Notes: generated by a model from the letters alone, not told the origin. Numbered from the stretch's first letter, positions 9,718 through 18,796 are shown. The stretch is DNA of 64,000 nt from Acidobacteriota bacterium (GCA_036507075.1 DASXQR010000003.1:1-64000); one strand, 5' to 3'. Numbers and translations are program-made.

Positions 9718-11015
9718 CGCAGCTCCTGCGCCTGCCCGCATTGGACGTCAAGGATCCGAGCCAGCGCCTGAGCGCACAAACCGCTGCCTCCCCGCATTGT
9801 CTCCAATAGCAGCCGCGCATTCCGGGCCAGCTCGCGGCGAGCGAAGTCATCCTGAAAGAGGCGTACCAGCGCAGGGGTCAGGTTTTCCATTCGATTGAGC
9901 TGTAACAACCCCTGGCCGGCGCGGAATTGCTGCACCAGGTGTTCGAAGTTCGCCGTATGAGGACCCATCACGATGGCGCACTCGTGGGCTGCCGCCTCCA
10001 GGAAATTGTGGCCGCCGTGATGCGCAAAAGTGCCGCCGACGATGACAACGTCTGAGTGCGGATAGAACGCCGACAGCCGGCCGACTTCATCCAGGATCAT
10101 CACTTCCCAGTTCTGCCTGTAGGAAAGTCGCGAGCAGCAGACCCCATCAAACCCGTATCGGCGCGCCAGATTCTCGAGCACGGGGGCGCGGTTAACGTGC
10201 CGGGGAGCAAGAATCAGTTTCACATTCCCAAGAATGGCTTTAAGGTCGGCAAAAGTGCCCAGTATCAGTTTTTCTTCCGGCGCGTGAGTGCTGGCCGCTG
10301 CAAGCACGAATGCCGCACCATTGAACTGTTGTCTCCACGCACTCGGCGCCGCGCCGCGTAACCGCGGGTAATCGAGTTTCAAGTTGCCGCAGATTTCAAT
10401 CGATCCTGCGGGGGCGCCGATCTGAATAAAGCGTGTTTTTTCGGTCTCATCCTGCACGCCGATCCATGCAGCGCAGCTCAGGACTCTCCTGAAGAAAAAC
10501 TTCAGCAGCTTGTAGAACTTCATATCCTCCGCATAGATTCGTCCGTTGACGATGCAAACCGGAATTTTCAACTCGCTGCTTTCCAGGAAAAGATTCGGCC
10601 AAAGCTCGGTTTCTACCGTAATCACAAGGTCTGGTTGGCAATGCTGCAGCCAGCGGCGCATCGCAGCGCGACTGTCCCACGGAAGATATCCGATTACCTG
10701 AATCTCCGGATGTCGCCGCTGCAGTTGTTGGGCCACCTGCGCGCCTTCGCGTGTACCGGTTGTGACGACCAGCTCAACAGAAGGCCATCGTTTCGTGATT
10801 TCCGCCAACAATGGTTCGACCGAAAGAATTTCCCCCACGGAAACGCCGTGAACCACAAAGCGAAGCTGTGTGCGCCTGGGCATGGGATCCCATCGACCGA
10901 GTCGCTGGCGCAGCGCCTTGAGGTCCAATCGCCCGCGCAAAATTTGAATCACGTGCCAGGGCGCCAGCAGGCACCAGACCGCAATCAAAATGAGAACGCT
11001 GTAAAGAGCTGCCAT
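9714..11015 (-). CDS. waaA: Kdo transferase
   Basis: HGVSVGE, ETELWPN, VNGRI, GNLK.D, AASTH, LAPRH, GGHNFLEAA. Confidence 0.92.
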   Translation of the reverse strand: MAALYSVLILIAVWCLLAPWHVIQILRGRLDLKALRQRLGRWDPMPRRTQLRFVVHGVSVGEILSVEPLLAEITKRWPSVELVVTTGTREGAQVAQQLQRRHPEIQVIGYLPWDSRAAMRRWLQHCQPDLVITVETELWPNLFLESSELKIPVCIVNGRIYAEDMKFYKLLKFFFRRVLSCAAWIGVQDETEKTRFIQIGAPAGSIEICGNLKLDYPRLRGAAPSAWRQQFNGAAFVLAAASTHAPEEKLILGTFADLKAILGNVKLILAPRHVNRAPVLENLARRYGFDGVCCSRLSYRQNWEVMILDEVGRLSAFYPHSDVVIVGGTFAHHGGHNFLEAAAHECAIVMGPHTANFEHLVQQFRAGQGLLQLNRMENLTPALVRLFQDDFARRELARNARLLLETMRGGSGLCAQALARILDVQCGQAQELR

Positions 11016-11016
11016 A

Positions 11017-11814
11017 TCAAAGCATCAAGCTCATGCCGCCGTCGGCCACGATGGTCTGTCCATTGATCCACCCGGACAGCGGGCTGCAAAGAAACAGCAC
11101 AATCGAGGCGATATCTTCCGGCTTTCCGGCGCGTCCTGCCGTCGATTCCGTGCGCGCCTGCAGTTCGGGATAGCCGGGATGCCGCCTCACGGAAGGCGTA
11201 TCCACCAGGCCGGCAGACACGGCATTGACGTTGATGCGAAGGGGAGCCAATTCAGCAGCCAGATAGCGGGTCAGAGATTCCATGGCGGCCTTGGAAACTC
11301 CTATCGCTCCGTAGGAAGGAACGTACCGGCTGCTGCCCAGACTGGAGATGCTGACGATCTTTCCGCCTTCCTTCTGCATCAGCTTTGCGGCTTCCTGAGC
11401 GCACAGAAGGAGCGCGCGTGCATTGATGTTGAACGAAAGGTCCCACTGATTCGCCCTCAACTCCATTATCGGTTTAAACACGCCCATTGCCGCGCTGTGC
11501 ACCAGAACACCAAGAGGCCCGGATTCGCCGATGCGCTGAAACATTTCGCGGATTTCTTCCGGATGAACCAGATTGGCTTTGAGCAGCGTCGCCGATCCGC
11601 CGGCCGCTTCAATTTCATGCAATGTTGCCTGAGCGCTCCGGTCGTCATCCCTGTAGTTGACAAAAACATGAGCGCCGTGCGCGGCAAGAGATTTGGCGAT
11701 GGCTGCGCCGATTCCTCGAGAACCCCCCGTAACAAGAGCGCGCCTGCCGTGGAATGAAAAGCTTGCGGAATCCAATTTACCAGAACCAGAGCAGGCCAGG
11801 TTCGGAAGCGGCAT
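11017..11814 (-). CDS. fabL: SDR, enoyl-ACP reductase FabL-like
   Basis: TGGSRGIG; Yx6K active site (YGAIGVSK); segment CAQEAAKLM..GGKIVSISSLGS..VSKAA.E.LTRYLA.EL closely matches my recollection of Bacillus FabL. Confidence 0.75.
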   Translation of the reverse strand: MPLPNLACSGSGKLDSASFSFHGRRALVTGGSRGIGAAIAKSLAAHGAHVFVNYRDDDRSAQATLHEIEAAGGSATLLKANLVHPEEIREMFQRIGESGPLGVLVHSAAMGVFKPIMELRANQWDLSFNINARALLLCAQEAAKLMQKEGGKIVSISSLGSSRYVPSYGAIGVSKAAMESLTRYLAAELAPLRINVNAVSAGLVDTPSVRRHPGYPELQARTESTAGRAGKPEDIASIVLFLCSPLSGWINGQTIVADGGMSLML

Positions 11815-11831
11815 TTCGTTCGCTGCGGAAG

Positions 11832-12914
11832 CTAAAAGTCATCCTGTGTTCTCTGTGTCCCTGTGGTGAATCTTTTTACAGGGTCCAATCCCGGCGTCAT
11901 TCTTTGACAAACTCCAGCATTTTGTTTGGGATGAGTCTGGGGCTGCACGAAGCATGCGTTCAGGTCGCGGCGTGTATAGGTTTCTTCGCTGCCATCGGGG
12001 CGGTTTTTCCAGCGCCAGTGGATCCATCGCCACTGGAGCGGAGCGGCGCGCACCCAACCTTCGTAAACAGTCATGATTTGTTGCGTGATCTTCAGGATCG
12101 ATTCCGGTCCGGTAGGAAAGCAGCGCGGGTCGATCACGGCCAGTTTGAACAGAAATTTCACATCATCGCAGCCACGCACTGCCGCGCCCACTACAATCGG
12201 CGCGCCGGTACAAAGGGAAAGCAAGGCAGCCGTCTTCCTGGTCGAAGCCGGTCGACCGAAAAAATTGACGTATGAACCTCGCCACCCGCCATTCTCGTCC
12301 ATCAACAGAGCCACACTGTCGCCCGCCCCCAGCCTGCGCAGGCATTCAAATACGGCGCCTCTCTTGTCGATCCATCGGGAATGATGATCCATTCGCAGAA
12401 TTTGCACCACGGAATTCAAAAAAGGATTGTCCACGCGTCGCGCTATTACAGCACTGTTTGCTCCCACGCGGCGTGAAGCCATCATGATGGTCGCCTCCCA
12501 TGATCCCAGATGACCGGTGACGAAAATCTTTGGGCGCGGGTCGGCACGCACCCGGTGCTCCAACTCGGGGTCCTCAGGCCGATAGAGCCGCTCCCAGGCG
12601 GAGCCTCCTTTTAGAAATCGGCGGGAGAACTGGATTCCTTCGGCGATGCTTTGCCCAAGGTTCCCGAATACCTGGCGCGCGTTTGTCTTGGCCTTCCTGT
12701 AGTCCATCGACTCTCCGTAGGCGCGGCGCAAGTTGATCATTGCAACTCTTGTAGCCCGCGGCCAGACCAGGAAAGCGCAGTATCCATAGAATCGTCCCAT
12801 ATGAGCTGCTGCGTCCCATGGAAGAAACCAGAGAGGAACTCCGAGCAAGAGAGCCAGAAAGCACAGCAGCAGATCGGAGGCAAGAAGGAAGGGTTTAAGA
12901 ATGCGGGTCAACAC
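11832..12914 (-). CDS. Lipid A secondary acyltransferase, LpxL/HtrB family
   Basis: Hx4E motif (TGHLGSWE), NLRRAY, VNFFG.PA, P.QW.WIH.RWK. Confidence 0.88.
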   Translation of the reverse strand: MLTRILKPFLLASDLLLCFLALLLGVPLWFLPWDAAAHMGRFYGYCAFLVWPRATRVAMINLRRAYGESMDYRKAKTNARQVFGNLGQSIAEGIQFSRRFLKGGSAWERLYRPEDPELEHRVRADPRPKIFVTGHLGSWEATIMMASRRVGANSAVIARRVDNPFLNSVVQILRMDHHSRWIDKRGAVFECLRRLGAGDSVALLMDENGGWRGSYVNFFGRPASTRKTAALLSLCTGAPIVVGAAVRGCDDVKFLFKLAVIDPRCFPTGPESILKITQQIMTVYEGWVRAAPLQWRWIHWRWKNRPDGSEETYTRRDLNACFVQPQTHPKQNAGVCQRMTPGLDPVKRFTTGTQRTQDDF

Positions 12915-13412
12915 GGGTTAGCGGGTTGCGGGTTTGCGGGTTAGCGGGTTACGGGTTAGCGGGTTGTGTTTGAAAAATTGAAAATCGAACGCCGAGATAA
13001 AAATCAAAGGAGGCTGTCTCAAAACTCGTGTAGAGACGGCAGCGGCTCAGCCGCCTTCCCTCTGGCGGCGAAGCTCTGCTTTGCCGTTCAATCCATATTT
13101 CTCGAACTGCGAGGCTGTGCCTCGCAAGCGCATGAGGCACAGCCTCACGCGAAAAAACAAAGTGGAAGGCATCGTCCGGCGAAGCAGAGCTTCGCCGGGC
13201 GAAGCAGAGCTTCGCCGCCAGAGGGAAGGCGGCAGAGCCGCTGCTATCTCTGCACGAGTTTTGAGACAACTTCTTCCAATGGGCTTCACGGCTGGCTTGC
13301 GCAGTAATGGAGTTCTGACCTCGATAACCCGCAACTCGATAACCCGCAACTCGATAACTCGCAACTCGATAACTCGCAACTCGCAACTCGTCAACCCGCA
13401 ACTCGTAACCCG
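12915..13412. repeat. Inverted 7/8-mer arrays (GGGTTGC / AACCCGC-AACTCG) enclosing a palindromic MITE
   Basis: Arms at 12915-12966 and ~13320-13412. Confidence 0.85.
13010..13273. mobile_element. MITE with ~75-bp imperfect terminal inverted repeats
   Basis: GAGGCTGTCTCAAAACTCGTGTAGAGA... / ...TCTCTGCACGAGTTTTGAGACAACTTC; ends resemble IS1182/IS5-type TIRs (from recollection). Confidence 0.7.
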
Positions 13413-13413
13413 A

Positions 13414-15117
13414 CTATCTTCCGCTGAGCGAACTGACTGCTGGCCGCGCCGTGTAGAGACGCACTGTTTCCCAGCGGCCTTTCGAGTAGTTGTATCCGCG
13501 GATCGTTTCCAGAACTGCTGCCGAACCTTGCCGCTGGGTCAGGCTGTACCGGAAGGAAGCGTCCCATTCGTCCAGCACCACGCCAATGCGGCCGGGTTCT
13601 TCGCAAAGGAACTGGGCAGCCTGCTGCGGCCAGAGCAGTTTTGTGGCCGATCCGCCCAGGAAAATAAGACTCGGTTCCCAATACCCGGCGACTCCGATAT
13701 TGGCGCCGGATGAATCGTTGCTCACCGAGTTCTTCTGAACAGCCTGAAGGATTGAACGGCTCAGCCAGATGGAATCAAAACGGGGAAGAAGCGAACCAAA
13801 GACGGGGACAAAAAGAAATAAAGCGCCAAGTACGCAGACTGTGGCCGCTTGTCTGACCCTTTGCTGCTTTAAGGCTGCGGCGCAGCCGGAGATTATCAGC
13901 AGAACGGTTGCAGCCAAAGCGGCTGTTAAGACGGGAAAATCCAATTTGAAATACCGTTGGAGCAGAAATAGTCCGGCAAGCATGGCTATGCCCGCCGCAG
14001 TCCAGAGAATCAAAGCTGCTCGAAGTCGTCCATGTTGATCGATGTTGGAAGCAGAAAAAAGCGACGCCAACAGCAACCCCAACGCCGGGTAAACCGGCAG
14101 AATGTAATGCGGAAGCTTCGTGGGAACACATTCGAGAAGGAGCCAGCAGGGGATGATCCAGGCCAGACAAAAACGTTCCAGGGGCTCATGCCGCAGTCTC
14201 CACGCATGCGAGACGGCGGGCAAAAGAAACAGCGAGCCGGGCCAGAACGTGAACAGCGCAAGCAGAAGATAATATCCCGGGGGAAAACCGTGCGACTCTC
14301 GACCTGCCGTCAGCTTGGGCCAGAGGTCAGACGCGAAAGCTCTAAGAAAGAAATTCTCGCCGGTACTGCCCTGGACTGCAAAGATCCAGGGAAACACAAG
14401 GCAGGCCGTCAGCGGCAATCCCATTGCCGGATTCAAACGTTTCAGCCATCGCCATTCACGGTCCGCGACTGCAAGTGAAACTATGGTGACCAGGCTGCAG
14501 ACTGGAACAACGGGTCCCTTGAGCATAATGCCGGCAGCCTGTGCTCCCCAGAATACCAACGACGGAACAAGCCCCGTCACGCGGCCCTTCCGAAACTGGG
14601 TGTATAGGACCGCCAGACTTGCCTGGGCTGCAACCACAGCCGAAAGCAGGGCGGCATCGGCGGTTGCCAGATGCGCTTCAAAAACCAGGAGCGCCGAGCC
14701 CGCCAGCAGGGCAGTTCCCAGGAATGCGGGCCGCAAGGCATAGAATCGTGTCGCCATGAAGAAAGTGAGCATTACTGCCAGTAAAGCGCCGGCAAACGAC
14801 GGGAGGCGGTATGGCCAGATGCTGTTCCTGGAAGATCGGCCTGAAGCCAGTACGGCGGCCGATTGCAGCCAGTGAATTCCGGCAGGCTTCTTGTACCTAT
14901 GCTCCTGCTGGAAGCGGATTTGCACGAAATCTCCTGTTTCCAGCATCTGGCGCGTGGCCTGCGCGAATCGCGCCTCATCGCGGTCCACAGGAGGGATGGA
15001 CGAGAAACCCGGAAGATAAAGCAGCGCGCACAAAACAGCCAGAGTCAGGAAGCAAACTAAACGGTGAAAATGTTTCTCGCGCTCAGCTGCGACAAGTTGT
15101 TCCTGGTGTGCGATCAT
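13414..15117 (-). CDS. ArnT-like GT83 polyprenyl-phosphate-sugar glycosyltransferase
   Basis: DRDEARFAQATRQMLETGD, YKKP, YRLPS, KGP, TKLPHYILPVYP; many TM helices. Confidence 0.88.
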   Translation of the reverse strand: MIAHQEQLVAAEREKHFHRLVCFLTLAVLCALLYLPGFSSIPPVDRDEARFAQATRQMLETGDFVQIRFQQEHRYKKPAGIHWLQSAAVLASGRSSRNSIWPYRLPSFAGALLAVMLTFFMATRFYALRPAFLGTALLAGSALLVFEAHLATADAALLSAVVAAQASLAVLYTQFRKGRVTGLVPSLVFWGAQAAGIMLKGPVVPVCSLVTIVSLAVADREWRWLKRLNPAMGLPLTACLVFPWIFAVQGSTGENFFLRAFASDLWPKLTAGRESHGFPPGYYLLLALFTFWPGSLFLLPAVSHAWRLRHEPLERFCLAWIIPCWLLLECVPTKLPHYILPVYPALGLLLASLFSASNIDQHGRLRAALILWTAAGIAMLAGLFLLQRYFKLDFPVLTAALAATVLLIISGCAAALKQQRVRQAATVCVLGALFLFVPVFGSLLPRFDSIWLSRSILQAVQKNSVSNDSSGANIGVAGYWEPSLIFLGGSATKLLWPQQAAQFLCEEPGRIGVVLDEWDASFRYSLTQRQGSAAVLETIRGYNYSKGRWETVRLYTARPAVSSLSGR

Positions 15118-15152
15118 CGGAGAAAAAAGTCAGATTCCCTGTGTCCCCTGTG

Positions 15153-15385
15153 TAACAAGTTGGCAACCTCTTTTTTTTGGCAAAGTTTTTGAAAGCCGTC
15201 CACGTCCACGAGCACGTGCACGTCAACGTCCACGATTACGTTTACGGCTTCGGTCACTTCGTCACAGACTGCGCAGAATTGAGGGGTTGTCTGTATGTTG
15301 TCGTGATCGTGGACCTGAGACGTGATCGTTGACGTGCACGTGCTCGTGGACGTGGACGGCTTTCTGGTTGCGGCCTACGCCCGGG
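15153..15385 (+). mobile_element. Non-autonomous element with asymmetric ends and internal hexamer (GTCCAC/GTGGAC) inverted arrays, copy 1
   Basis: Left end TAACAAGTTGGCAAC, right end GGTTGCGGCCTACGCCCGGG; CTGTG direct repeats at 15148-15152 and 15386-15390; homologues at 16272 and 34159. Confidence 0.7.
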
Positions 15386-15439
15386 CTGTGCCTCTTAGTG
15401 AAAGAAGCATCACCACAGAGGCGCAGGGGACACAGGGAA

Positions 15440-16249
15440 TTATTCGAATCCTGATTGTTCATCTGTATCGGGTGACATCCGGCAAAAGCCGCGTTTTGAT
15501 TCATGAATGAACCGAACCAGATGCCGCACCGCATCCGAGTCAATCTCAGCCATCGTCGCCAGCTTCGTCTCCAGACTTTGACCGGGGCAAAACAGAATAC
15601 GAGAGGCCTGCTTCAGATTCCGAATTTCATCAGGGGCAAAGCCTGCGCGCCTTAATCCGACGAGGTTGAGGGATCGAACTTTCGCCGGTATTCCGTCGAC
15701 AAGTACGAACGGCAACACATCTTGTGTCACTTTGGCATGGCCGCCGACCATCGAATGCTTGCCGATGCGGCTGAATTGATGAATCATCACTCCGCCGGAA
15801 AGAAACGCGTGGTCTTCGATCGTGATGTGCCCGGCCAGTCCAACGTTATTTGCGAGAATAACATGGTTCCCCAGAAGACAATCGTGGGCGACGTGAGCGT
15901 TTACCATTAAGTAGTTGTAATTGCCGATCCGCGTCTCCCCTCCGGGAGTCGTTGCGCGGTGCACCGTGACGCCTTCGCGAAAAATGTTGGCGCTGCCGAT
16001 AGTGAGGTACGAGATCGCTCCGGAGAACTTCAAATCTTGCGGCACGCCGCCGAGGACTGCGCCCTCGAAGATCTGATTGTCCTCTCCCATCGACGTGAAA
16101 CGCTTAATCACCGCATGCGCGCCGATGCGGCAACGCGCGCCGATTACCACGCCTGCCTCGACTACCGCGTAAGGCCCGATTTCCGTTGAGGTTCCAAGAC
16201 GGGCGCCGGAATCAACAACGGCGGTGGTGTGAATCAGCGCTTCGGGCAT
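15440..16249 (-). CDS. lpxA: Acyl-ACP--UDP-N-acetylglucosamine acyltransferase, accessory paralogue
   Basis: Hexapeptide repeats; PQDLKF, REGVTVHRAT, HVAHDC, LAGH, HQF, LNLVGLRR; ATG at 16249 chosen. Confidence 0.93.
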   Translation of the reverse strand: MPEALIHTTAVVDSGARLGTSTEIGPYAVVEAGVVIGARCRIGAHAVIKRFTSMGEDNQIFEGAVLGGVPQDLKFSGAISYLTIGSANIFREGVTVHRATTPGGETRIGNYNYLMVNAHVAHDCLLGNHVILANNVGLAGHITIEDHAFLSGGVMIHQFSRIGKHSMVGGHAKVTQDVLPFVLVDGIPAKVRSLNLVGLRRAGFAPDEIRNLKQASRILFCPGQSLETKLATMAEIDSDAVRHLVRFIHESKRGFCRMSPDTDEQSGFE

Positions 16250-16271
16250 AAAAGAATGTGAGGGCGTTAGG

Positions 16272-16830
16272 TAGCAAGCTGGCAAAACTTCTTGTTTTTT
16301 AGCAAGCTTTTTCAAAATCGCTCAAGTCAACGACCACGTTTCACGTTCACGAGCTTACAGTGGCCGTTAGGCCACAACCAAAAGAAGTCGCATACGTGAC
16401 CAGTCTGGAAAAGGTCGACGTCTCGGTGCCGACGCTGAAGGCGTCAAAAAGTATAGCCGGGGGCAAGCGCGTTTTTTGCGCGCCGCCCCCGGGGAGCATC
16501 CCCAAATCGAATGCACCCCGAAGTGGTGCGACCGTCCTGCCCAGTTCATCGCCCTGCCAGATAACCACGACACCTTACGATGCTGGATCGCTTTGCCATC
16601 GTTCTTCTTCGACCCCTTCGGGTCGCTCGTTTTGGGGCGACTCGACCGGGGGCGGCGCGCAGAAAACGCGCTTGCCCCCGGCTATACTCTTTGACCGCTT
16701 CGCGGTGTACAGCCTGCAGAGAATCGAATCTGAATGTTGTCGTAATCGTTGACGTGGGCGTGCTCGTGGACGCCAGACGTGGTCGTTGACGTGTTCGTGG
16801 ACGGCCTTTTGGTCGCGGTCTACGGCCATG
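16272..16830 (+). mobile_element. Asymmetric-end element, copy 3, carrying a nested REP-like inverted pair
   Basis: Degenerate left end TAGCAAGCTGGCAAAACTTCTTG and right end GGTCGCGGTCTACGGCC; internal 50-bp inverted repeat 16443-16492 / 16646-16695. Confidence 0.65.
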
Positions 16831-16847
16831 CTGTCAGTCTGCGGTGC

Positions 16848-17513
16848 TTATGACACCGCAGTCTTGTCTCCGCCGGCCACTGCTGCTTCTGCTCTGGCCT
16901 GTTCGGCCAGCAAGCGATGCTCCAACTGACACGCGCATTCCTTCAGGCCGGTGCGGTTCGTGTTTGGGTTTACCAGGAGGGCATCACCGGCGCTGATAAC
17001 CACTTTGGAGAAGGGCAAGGGCAAAAAGATCCGGGACCACGTCCCGGGTATCACAATTCGCCAGCGTGCCGCAGTTGCGATCGGAATGATGGGGCGACCA
17101 CTGACCTGAGCGCAAAGCAGGACGCCTTGTTTCGCTCTGCCTTTGGGGCCGAGGGGGCCGTCCACACAGATAGCGACCGGTTTTCGAGTCGAAGAAAGCA
17201 GGCGGGTGAGGCCAACCATCGCGGCAAGACCGTCGCGCAGGCTCGATCCCCGGATCACCTGGCACCCGATTGATTCAAGAGCAGTCGTCGCGCGGTCGCC
17301 GTCGCGGCCGGGAGCGACAAGCACGGCGAAATGAGAGTAATCCGTAACGCAGGCGATAGCCAGAGCCTCTCTTTCGCTGTGCGCAAAGATGACGGGACCA
17401 TAGGAGTACTTCGCCAATGACACAAATTTTCCATCCGGAAGCAAGCCCCAGGTTCTCCAGGTGGAAAAATAGAGCCGGTAGAGACGAGCCAACCATCGCG
17501 GCCAGCAATTCAT
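16848..17513 (-). CDS. DUF374 / LpxJ-like lipid A acyltransferase
   Basis: GRDGD, IRGSS, DGPLGP, W.R..LPLPFSK motifs; TGATG coupling with fabF. Confidence 0.8.
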   Translation of the reverse strand: MNCWPRWLARLYRLYFSTWRTWGLLPDGKFVSLAKYSYGPVIFAHSEREALAIACVTDYSHFAVLVAPGRDGDRATTALESIGCQVIRGSSLRDGLAAMVGLTRLLSSTRKPVAICVDGPLGPKGRAKQGVLLCAQVSGRPIIPIATAARWRIVIPGTWSRIFLPLPFSKVVISAGDALLVNPNTNRTGLKECACQLEHRLLAEQARAEAAVAGGDKTAVS

Positions 17514-18796
17514 CAGCCTTCGTACCTCCTTAAAAGCAGGCTGGCGCATTGACCTCCGAACCCGAAGGAATTGCTGAGCGCATGCCGGATTTCCGCGATA
17601 CGAGGTCGATTGGGAACATAGTCCAAATCGCAATCCGGGTCGGGGTCGCAAAGATTAATTGTGGGATGAATCTGCTGGTGAAAAAGCGTCAACGCGGTGG
17701 TGATCGCCTCCACGGCGCCTGCCGCCACGGTCAGGTGCCCAATCATCGACTTGGTCGAGCTGACAGCGACTTTCTTTGCCGCATCTCCCAATACATTCTT
17801 GATGGCGAAAGTCTCAATCCTGTCGTTTGCCTGGGTGGAAGTACCATGAGCGTTGATATATTGGACTTCCCCGGCTGCAATTGAGGCATCCTTCAGGGCG
17901 CGGCGCATTGAAAGCACGGCGCCTGTTCCCAAAGGATGCGGATCGGTGACGCGATAAGCGTCGCACGCGGAGCCGAAGCCCGCCACTTCGGCGTAAATGC
18001 GGGCTCCGCGTTTCAGGGCGTGGCTACGCTCTTCCAGAATCGAGATCCCAGCCCCCTCTCCGATCACGAAGCCGTCACGCCGGGCGTCGAACGGACGGCT
18101 CGCCCCTGTAGGATCATGATTGCTCGTGGAAAGAGCACCCAGCATGCAAAAGGACGCGAGTCCCATCGGGTAGAGTTCTGAATCGGATCCGCCCGCGACA
18201 ACTACATCGGCCAGGCCAGACCTTATCCAGCGCGCCGCATCTCCAAGGGCCTGTGCGCCGGCGGCGCAGGCGGTCATTACCGTCATCACCGGGCCTTCAA
18301 AACCATGGCGATGCGCAATCAGCGAGGGCACAGTTCCCGGGCTGCGTCGTTCCAGCGACCGCGATTTCAACCGCTGGAGGACAGCCTTTGCGAAAGTTTC
18401 CCAGTCGAATTCTCCAGCGCGACGCGACCCCGCCGACGCGCAAGAGGCAAACACCTCTTCATGATCGTAACTTCCCAATCCTGCGGCAACCAGCACGCCG
18501 ATCCGGCTGCGGTCCGCCGGCTTGCTCAAAAGGCACGAGTCTTCAATTGCCGTGGCGGCGGCGGTCGCCGCGAAACGCGCGATCGTCCCGTAGTCGCGGA
18601 GATCCGGGGCGCAGTCTTCAAGAAGAGAGCCTGAAACTTCGGCTGCAATCCGGGTGGGATAAGAGGAAGGATCAAAGCGCTCGATGCGGCGGACCGCTGA
18701 ACGTCCGGCAATCAGGTGATCCCAAAAAGAATCGAGCTCGAGTCCCAAGGGAGTTACCAGGCCCATGCCCGTAATTACAACTCTTCTGCGCTGCAT
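17513..18796 (-). CDS. fabF: Beta-ketoacyl-ACP synthase II, catalytic triad intact
   Basis: RRVVITGMG, TACAAG, NAHGTST, KSMIGH, SNSFGFGG. Confidence 0.93.
   Translation of the reverse strand: MQRRRVVITGMGLVTPLGLELDSFWDHLIAGRSAVRRIERFDPSSYPTRIAAEVSGSLLEDCAPDLRDYGTIARFAATAAATAIEDSCLLSKPADRSRIGVLVAAGLGSYDHEEVFASCASAGSRRAGEFDWETFAKAVLQRLKSRSLERRSPGTVPSLIAHRHGFEGPVMTVMTACAAGAQALGDAARWIRSGLADVVVAGGSDSELYPMGLASFCMLGALSTSNHDPTGASRPFDARRDGFVIGEGAGISILEERSHALKRGARIYAEVAGFGSACDAYRVTDPHPLGTGAVLSMRRALKDASIAAGEVQYINAHGTSTQANDRIETFAIKNVLGDAAKKVAVSSTKSMIGHLTVAAGAVEAITTALTLFHQQIHPTINLCDPDPDCDLDYVPNRPRIAEIRHALSNSFGFGGQCASLLLRRYEG

Noticed and set aside
12949..13401. ORFs with YRVAS/ELRVI/NSITR peptide repeats
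   Set aside because: Translations of the nucleotide tandem arrays and MITE; every frame gives such repeats.
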